Shown here: positions 54,411 through 64,000 of the stretch, piece by piece
Numbering within the stretch: the first letter of the stretch is position 1
Layout: each line of letters opens with the position of its first letter
From: the human T2T-CHM13v2.0 reference genome, Homo sapiens
Assembly: GCF_009914755.1 (NCBI RefSeq)
Contig: NC_060928.1
DNA length: 64,000 nt
Direction: 5' to 3' (one strand)
Notes under the pieces: model-generated
Database searches by the model: none
What the model was told of the DNA's origin: nothing
Seen by the model: the letters and a program-made list of their open reading frames with translations, nothing else
Made by a program: the position numbers and the translations under genes

Positions 54411-55106
54411 GTATTTAGTTATAGAACAGGAAATTTAGTACACTAAATGAAGCCTAATCATATTAATCAGTTTTCTTTGTTTTTGTTCTTTTTTTTAGGG
54501 ATGTTATTCCAGAGCACCAGGAAGAAGTTTCTGTAAAAGTGAAGATACCTCACAGTCTGGTGTCTGTTATTAAATGCAAAGAGTGACACAATGACAGAGG
54601 ACTGGTCTTCTGTTCTCTTTCTACAAAACTTTACCTTATTTACTCAGAGCTAATTCAATAGCAGGTGTGTGATTGCATGTGATTTGGCCTAACATTTTTG
54701 TCATTTATCATTTGTCACGGGTCCATTTTGAAGCATCTGTTTGCTTGTCTGCAGGTAATTTGCGATTTGTCAAAAACATTAGGAGCAGTTGACACAAATC
54801 ATGTGTTGCCTGGTAAATGTCTTTGTATTTATTGGAGCTGTGGTCCTTTCTGTTTGTTTTTATTTAAAATACATCTGTGGAGTCACACAAGAAGGTCAAG
54901 ATCAGTGTAGGGAATTGATCACACTGATTAATTTCAAACTTTAAGGAGATAAGTGGATTCATATAAATATACACTTGATAGTTGACTCAATTATGGTATG
55001 TCATTCTCCATAGTGCAATAAGTACTTTTAAGTACTTAATTCTAGCATCAGACTATATGAGATTATCCTCCAGCTCTATCATTCACTAAAAGAAGAAGAA
55101 AACAAT

Positions 55107-55165
55107 ATATCTATCTATCTATATATCTCTATCTATCTATGTATCTATCTATGTATCTATCTATG

Positions 55166-55215
<50 letters not shown>

Positions 55216-55224
55216 CCTATCTAT
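55107..55224. repeat. Compound (TCTA)n/(TGTA) tetranucleotide STR
   Basis: Direct reading. Confidence 0.96.
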
Positions 55225-55574
55225 AGAGAGAAGAAACAAATGCTCTTGAAAACTTGGGACATTTACTATCCAAGGAACAACAATCTACATTTGGGGAGAA
55301 AATGGCAGATACACTGCTTCCCACTAAGCTACTAGAAGGCACAGGTTTCAGAATCATCAATAACAGATAAAGTCCATTTTTTATTTTAAAAAACTGAGAT
55401 AACTTTCCCAAAAGGTGGGTTTCCTGGGCCTGAGTTATTTTATAGCAGAAGCCAGTGGAAGAAACAAATATGGCCTAGGACTGAAAATGTCTACTCACAA
55501 GTGGTATGTCAATAAAATTATTTACTTTAAGGCAAGAATGATGGGAAAACAACAATAATAAAAACAATAGCACC

Positions 55575-56017
55575 TATATATTATATATAGTGTGTGTATG
55601 TGTGTATACATATATACACACATATATACATTTATATATATACACACATATATACGTGTGTATATATATATAGTGTGTATGTGTATATATATAGTGTGTG
55701 TATGTGTGTATTATATAGTGTGTATGTATTATATATAGTGTGTATGTGTGAATTATAGTATAGTGTGTATGTATGTATGTGTGTATGTATGTATGTATAG
55801 TGTATGTATAGTGTGTATGTGTGTATGTATGTGTGTATGTGTGTATTATAGTGTATGTGTGTATGCGTGTATTATAGTATAGTGTGAATGTGTGTATTAT
55901 ATATAGTGTATATGTGTATTATATATAGTGTATATGTGTGTATTATATATAGTGTATGTGTGTGTATATATACACACACATATATACATGTATATAATAC
56001 ACACATATATACATGTG

Positions 56018-56058
<41 letters not shown>

Positions 56059-56062
56059 CACA
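55575..56062. repeat. Complex TA/TG/CA simple repeat with higher-order units
   Basis: Recurrent TATTATATATAGTGTATATGTG-like units, ending in (CA)n. Confidence 0.93.
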
Positions 56063-56461
56063 CATTCATCACATTTATTCTCACAACCTAAGAATCTAGA
56101 ATTAGATGCTATTACTAATTCTCTCTTGAAGAAAGTGAGGGACACAGAGATTAAATAGTATATTCTAAGATATACCTTTAGTATTTAATTTTTCTCTGGC
56201 ATTTCCGTATACCTTCAGCAAGGTTCAGTAGATTTTTGAAACAGTCGTACATTCTACTTGAGTTCCTTCCTTCTTTACCACATGTAGGTCTAGTATTGTT
56301 TCCAAGAACTGCTTGCTTTTCTCCTTTTAACTTTTCATTTCTAAGCCATTAATTTTTTAACATTCTACTTTAGACTTAATGTAGCTGATTCCCTCATGGT
56401 GAGTTATATGAAATGTATGCTTTTTGAGTCATGTGCTTAAATTTAAGATAATATACCAAGG

Positions 56462-56872
56462 TGTATTATTTCTTTCTCCCATTGCTATGAGGAAATACCT
56501 GAGACTTGGTAATTTACAAAGGAAAGAGGTTTAATTGGCTCACGGCTCTGCAGGGTGTACGGGAGGCATGATGCTGGCATCTGTTTGGCTTCTGGGTTGG
56601 CCTCAGGAAACTTACAATCATGGTGGAAGGCAAAGGGGTATCAAGGCATCTCACATGGTAGAAACTAGAGTAAGAGAGAGAGTGGGGAGCTGCTCCACAC
56701 TTTTAAACAAACAGATCTTTTGAGAACTCCATCAGGAGAATAGCACCAAGGAGATGGTGCTAAACCAATTATGAGAAACCCCTGCCCATGATCAGATCAC
56801 CTCCCAACTCCAACACTGGGGATTACAATTGGAGATGAGATTTGGGTGGGGACACAGAACCAAACCATATCA
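56462..56872 (-). mobile_element. MSTA-like MaLR solo LTR
   Basis: CATTGCTATGAGGAAATACCTGAGACT...GAGGTTTAATTGGCTCACGG...CCAAACCATATCA. Confidence 0.9.
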
Positions 56873-59559
56873 GGAGGCAAAACAATTAGACACATTCAAT
56901 TCAATATAACAACAACATTTTAAAATAAAAAACTGAGTTGCAAGAAAGTAAAAGATAGCCTCAGCATACTAAAACAAAACACAATTTGAACTTGAAGATG
57001 ATGACCTAAACACAATAGAAGAAGGAGATAAGGTTTTTGGGTATACAAGGAAGAGAGTTGAAACTCAGCTGTGTTATTAAGCCAGGCTAAGGTTCTACCC
57101 TTCTAATAAAAGTAATAGCTAGAAAAAATATATGTATATTAATTGCTCATTGACAAAAGTAGACAGCAATGAATCTTGTCTGCCTAGCCTGTCACTGAAC
57201 CGAATGCTCTTTCTGACTGTGAATATATTCAAATGCCTCTGGTCTTTGACTGTGTTAGGTCCCTCTGTCACCCCTTTCCCTGTGGGTGCATTGTCACACT
57301 TTCTGTCTCATTTCTGCTGGTCTCAGTTGCTTTGGGCCACAAGTACATGCAATTTGGAGTTTATGTTTCTATTGTCTCCTGGCTTAGCTCTAAAGATTTT
57401 ATTCTCCTTATCCTTCTGCGTACATTCCAAGTGGAAAGGCGGGAAGAATCAGAACTAAGTTACCGATCTGTAATTACCAAATAGGATGACCCCATATCAG
57501 GATTTTCAAAGATAACGAACCCAGCCTTTTGTCCGGAGTGTTGTATAGCCAGAAATCAAATTCCTCTCTAATCTGCATAAATAAATGTATGCATTTTTCC
57601 ATCTTCCCCTTTAATACTGTCTCCTTTGTCAAACTACTTGTTTGGTTTTTTTTGTTTGTTGATTTGTTTGCCTAACTTTGCTGTTCCCCAAACACGTTTT
57701 GTGTTACATTTTGCTCCACATTCAGAAGTCAGGTCAACACCTTATACTGGTTTATGTATCAAAACCTAAAGGCCAGAGCTCTACTTGTTAAAGAAAAGAT
57801 TTGGGAGAATAAATACTTGAAAACTGATCAAAAGGGTACAGCTTAAAATCTGTAAGAACACTCATGCCAGATGTCCCTAATTGTATTATTAATAGGCATG
57901 GTGGAATGACGTTTACCAGTGCTCCCTAACCTTTCCAATTCGTGTAACACTGATAAGACTTGTACAGCTGTGCCTAGATACCTCCAGAGGTGAATTGACC
58001 ATCACCTAGCATGCATGTGTTTTCTGTGGGCACATTGGAAGTCCCCAGAACAATATTTGAGAATCTCTGCCACAGAATAAATAAATTTGGAGTTCAGTGA
58101 TATGTTTTTGTGATATTAGTTATCTCCTAATACTTATAATTAATTCGTGTATTCAAAGTGTTTTCAGCAAGTGACTTAAGAGTGGCCTTTAAAATTTTCA
58201 ACGTTAATCTGACATTTTTCTTTCTGTGAATAGTTTATAAAGAATAAAATAGATCTTTTGTACAAATTTGAAGGTTAAGGAGAGGTAGTCTCACAAAACC
58301 GTTAAAAAATCTCATAATACAACTTTACAAATAATTTGCACTGAAAATAAAGCAATTTAGAATATAGATATGTAAATTATGCCATTCAGTAGGCATTTGC
58401 TAATCACTAAGAGATTGGCAAGTTCACTGCCTCATGGAATTTGCATGCTAATTAGGGAGAACAGAAAATGTTCAAATAAAATAATACACAGCATATATTA
58501 AATAATGATACTATTACGCACATCACAGTCTCCCAAAATTGTTTTATGAAGTTGGAGAAGATTTTCTATTTTCAATATTAATGATGTCCTATTATTTTTA
58601 TTCTTTGTTTTATATTTTGGCCTTTTAAGCAGTACATTTTCAATTGCTAAATGAGTTAATTTGACTTTATTTGAAAACTCTTGGATCAAGGAAAACTTTA
58701 TTTCTAGCTTATATCTGAAGTATTTCCTTTTCGTTCTGAAAGATCTTTTCTGTTTTCTTTTCATTTTTATTAAGGTTAGTGTTAGCTGTTGAAGTCCTGT
58801 TTCTTGAATCTATTTGTTGTATAACTATCTTATCTTTTTTATAGCTAATTTGAGATAAGCAAAGAACCAATTTCCAGAGCTTTCCCTGGAAAAACCCTGA
58901 ATTGACCCTTGAAAAGAAAATATGTCTTACTTTATATTAGAGCTCTAGCTTGAGAGAGAGAACAAGAAAGAGTGCTATATGCAATCAATTCTTGCAACAT
59001 TTCCAGAATAATCACGTTCAGATATGAAATGGATTCAGAGTTATTTGTTCTTTGTCAATAAACTAGTCAATAAAAGATGCAAGTCCTGAAATATAGAATT
59101 ACATGTTGCTTCCACCTTCTAGAAGCAAGGAAACCAAATATCATATGTTGTTCAATTCCAGCCATATGTCAATATGAAAGAAAAACACAGATTTGCAGTT
59201 TTATACCTTTACCAATGTGATGACTATAAAAGGACTGATAAAGAACTTAGAGAGTAGCTACTTACAGAGGCCTCCTTGCTATTTTGCCAACTATCGAGTT
59301 ATTACCAAGAAATATGAAAATTGGAAGCTTATTATTATTGAAGGGCAGCTTTTTTCCTTCAACTGTAGTTCACTTAGGATAGATATAGATATACTATATA
59401 TTACATATATATATAGATATAAGAACAAGTTAATGCATGCTGAAATTATTATATAGAGGAATGAAAAGAAAAATTAAGCAATAAAAGGTCAGATTAGCAT
59501 GCCAAGAGAAGAGCAGGTCTCTTAAATTTATTATTTTTCATAACTTAAATTGATCTTTA

Positions 59560-60900
59560 ATGTTTTTGATGATGAAATTAGTGTGTATTATTACAGAAAT
59601 CTGAATAATTTAGAAAATCTAACAGAAAAATTAAAATTAGTCTGTATTCCAGAGTTAATGTATTTTTCCTTGCTATGTGCACATGTGTTAACATGTGGCT
59701 ATATATGTAAATTAGGCATTGCCATATTTACCAACATATTGTGGGTACCTTTCTTTTTACGTTCAAATATTATCTGCAATTATTACATGCGTCTATCAAT
59801 TTATCTTATAAATAATCATATTTTATTTTTGCAATTTTCTATGGCCAAGATTTTAATTCTTTCTAATACTTTTATTATCTTAAATAACTATAGTAATTAT
59901 GTTTATGTATTTATGGTTACCATGAGAAAGAAAATTTTAAAATGTAGGATAACTGGGAAGAATTACCTTTTTAAAAAACTATGTTTGATGTAAACTGACC
60001 AATTTATTTCAAGAAATGCACTAATATGACATCATTCTATGCTTGCCGCAGCAGCAAAGAGAATTATTGATTTCTTCTTGCACCTGCTATTGTTGAAACT
60101 TTATCCAATGTTTCAATGTTTGCAAATTGGATTGGGGAAATATCTCTCGGCATTTGTATGTCTTCTTTATACATTGCCTAGTAATACTTTTGCCCAGTTT
60201 TATGAGTTTCTTTCTCTTTTTATTGATTTATTATTCTTTTTAATATAAGGTATATTGAGCAAGATATGCATATATGGACTTAGTGTTCAATTTGTGATAG
60301 CTTTTATGTTTCAATTTTATATACTGTTTTGTAATGTGCACATTTAAACATCTATGTGATCAAATGTTGTGAAATTTTTTTTAGGCATTGTGCAAAAAAC
60401 TTCCTCTGTAATATATAATAAATGTATACCTATATTTTTTGGCTAATTCTCATGTTGCTTTTTTTTGAGACAGTAGTTGTTATTTTATTTAAAACAGAAA
60501 ACCATGTCCACATATCATTTGATCAATGTTGCACCTTGTCACATAACCTTGAAATACCATCATTTTGTTTAAAATGAATCAATACACATAAACAGAGTTA
60601 TACACACGCGAACATGCACACACACACAAACACAGAGTTTTTCTCAGGTTCTATTTTGTTTAAAAACTGCCTATGTATTCTTTACAGAATAACATAGTTT
60701 AATATAATTTTATATCACGATAACACAAATCCCTCCTTGTTACTTACTTATTTTTATAATTTTTCTGATAATTCTGATATAAATTTTTTCTCAAATGTGT
60801 CTGAATATAATTTGGCCTAGTTATAGTAAGATATTAGAATTTTTATTAGTGTGTTGAATTAATAAATTAGCTTGTGAACATTTTATACCTTATGTTATAG
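59560..60900 (-). mobile_element. Highly degenerate L1ME-like remnant
   Basis: T-rich text with faint antisense ORF2/3'UTR motifs. Confidence 0.45.
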
Positions 60901-61062
60901 AGGTTTCTCTAGACAGTCTACTATGATTACTTTTAAAAATAAGAAAGTATAAAGACGATCAAATGATTCTGTAGCATCTGTAAAGATGACCTAGATTTTG
61001 CTCTTTTACTTCGATCTATTAATATAATGAAGATTATTACTAATATTGTCTAATGTATATAA

Positions 61063-61413
<351 letters not shown>

Positions 61414-61785
61414 TAATAGCATCATTCATATTAAATAAAGAAAACACCTTTATCATATATTTATCTTTCATAATGTTCAGGTTTCAGCTTTGTGCCGTGC
61501 AATAGTTGTCTAAATGAGAGCCCTCCCCAGTCAAAAACTGTAATCCCCACCACCTCAAGAAAATAGCCTTCATGATCATATGAGTGATACTAAGGGCCAG
61601 GCCTTTCAGAAAACCCACATGTCATTTTTTTTTTGTCCTCATTGTAGCCTCTTAGCAGCATTCCAGGGTAAATTAATTTTCCACTAAGCTTCATTTAGCT
61701 AATTTGACTCCAACTTCACAGAATAATATTTTCATTCAATCTTCTCTTACTTGCTCCCCTCATCAACATCAATTCTAATTGTTAG

Positions 61786-62117
<332 letters not shown>

Positions 62118-62469
62118 TCTTTTTTTTTTTTATTCTTTTGCATTTTCAATGATCTTATCTGGTCTAGAGGTTTCATATACTGATATCTTTCTAGTTTATT
62201 TCTGAACCCCTGAACTGTACCCTGAGTTTCAGAGGCACAAATTATTACACTATTATTTTAAGATATCATTGTATTATACTTAAAACAGGTTTTATTTAGG
62301 GATTTTTAAAACTTTATATTTTTATGTTGACTGCATTTCTCCATGCTAACATTTTTCATGCAAAACATTTAGCATGTGTTGTATTCAGAATATATTAATT
62401 TAATAAAACAAGTTGATTTATTCTTCTCTTTTTTTCTGTGCTCTGTAACAATGTAAGTAGTGTGGGATT

Positions 62470-62793
<324 letters not shown>

Positions 62794-62899
62794 TCAAGGT
62801 GGACTGATATAAAAGATAAATATCATTTCAGGTAAGAGTTTCACTTGGCCTGAACATTGGCATAGGTCAGATAGGGAGAGTTCTAATTTCAAAAATAAT

Positions 62900-63140
62900 A
62901 AATTCATAGCATTTAATAGAGTAACTGTGTGCCAGGCACTGCTCTACATGCTTTATCTATATTATCCCATTTTGCCCAATTCTGTGAGGACTATCATTAT
63001 TTTTACCATTTCCTAGATGAGCAGAAATAGGCACAGCCATTTAGGTCATGTGTCCCAGATCATGTAATTAATAAATAGAAGATCTAGGATTTGAATCCAA
63101 TTAAGTCACCCCAGAGACCCAAGTTTTATGACTATTAATT
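62900..63140. mobile_element. MIR
   Basis: TGTGCCAGGCACTGCTCTACATGCTT...TAGATGAG...CTAGGATTTGAATCCA. Confidence 0.75.
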
Positions 63141-64000
63141 ACAGCTTCCCAATATGTGTAGGCAGGAGAAGAGAATGTGCAAACAATAGGTACAGGAGTA
63201 AGGATTGTTCAATTATTCATAAATATTAATGGAACGTTTTTGCTGTGCCAGCACAAAAAGTCTAGACTTGTAAGCCTGTGCTTCTGGGAAGATGGTGGAA
63301 CAAATCATGAGAACATGTGATTTGGTATTAATTGAAGATGCATTACATTTTCATTCATGGTTCTTGGGCTATTCAGGAGGAGATATCCATCGAATTGTTA
63401 GGTGGACTATTGTGCTTTCAGGAAAGAAGTACATCCAGAGGATGTAGAGGATAGAGAAAAGTATCATCATATGAACATATAGTTGAAGTTGTGGACACAG
63501 ATGAATTTCCAGTGAGAAAAATGTTTAGGCTTATGTGAAAAATGAAACCAAAGCAGCATTCCTAGCAAACAGAGACATGTAAAGAGAACTGCAGTAATAG
63601 TAACCCATTAGGCTGAACATTATAAAGTTAGACTGAAATACGTTGATAAATAAGACACAGAAACAAATAATAAGGTAATAAAAGCACCATTTTGTCTGGG
63701 AGTAGCATTCTAAGATTACAACTAAAATTACACATTAGATATGGCAAATAGCAAAGATATCCTGGGTGATCTTGGCAAAATAATTTCAAAGGTATTGCTT
63801 TAGAAAGCTGAAGAATCACTTAATTAGTGTAAGAAAATAAATGACACTGAGGATGAGAAGCTGTTATAAAAATTATTTCCAGAATCTTTTCCTAAAGAAA
63901 AAAATAACAAGTCGGTGAAAAGGCTAGAGGGGGCTATGCACCAGAGATAAGGTTTTGGGTTTGATTATGTCTGAGTTTTTTTTTTTAAAGAAGAAAAATA

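Noticed and set aside
55575-56062. CRISPR-like repeat-spacer array
   Set aside because: Simple-sequence repeat with no unique spacers, in a eukaryotic context with no cas genes.
59550-59993. 147-aa ORF
   Set aside because: Non-ATG start, AT-biased composition, and it overlaps a degenerate L1-like region.

Overview
AT-rich, CpG-poor primate (human-like) genomic DNA that is intergenic or deep intronic. It is dominated by nested retrotransposons: L1PA/L1PB/L1MA/older L1M LINEs, about 13 Alu elements or fragments, a complete THE1 MaLR, MLT2A, MSTA and MER57-like LTRs, MIR/L2, a MER6 DNA transposon and several microsatellites. I found no credible protein-coding gene, RNA gene or novel multi-gene system; every ORF in the track is either an L1/Alu/LTR fragment or a short chance ORF. 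The most unusual observations are structural. There are two separate ~120-bp locally templated duplications within 3.5 kb, one of them a MIR segment copied into an L1. There is a fused, inverted Alu pair whose arms share a rare variant. Two L1s keep both ends but have lost the endonuclease region, and one of these sits at an atypical target site. There are also two very short young insertions and some candidate regulatory or splicing signals. Repeat subfamily names are from remembered consensus sequences and need RepeatMasker/Dfam confirmation. Identity values are hand counts.
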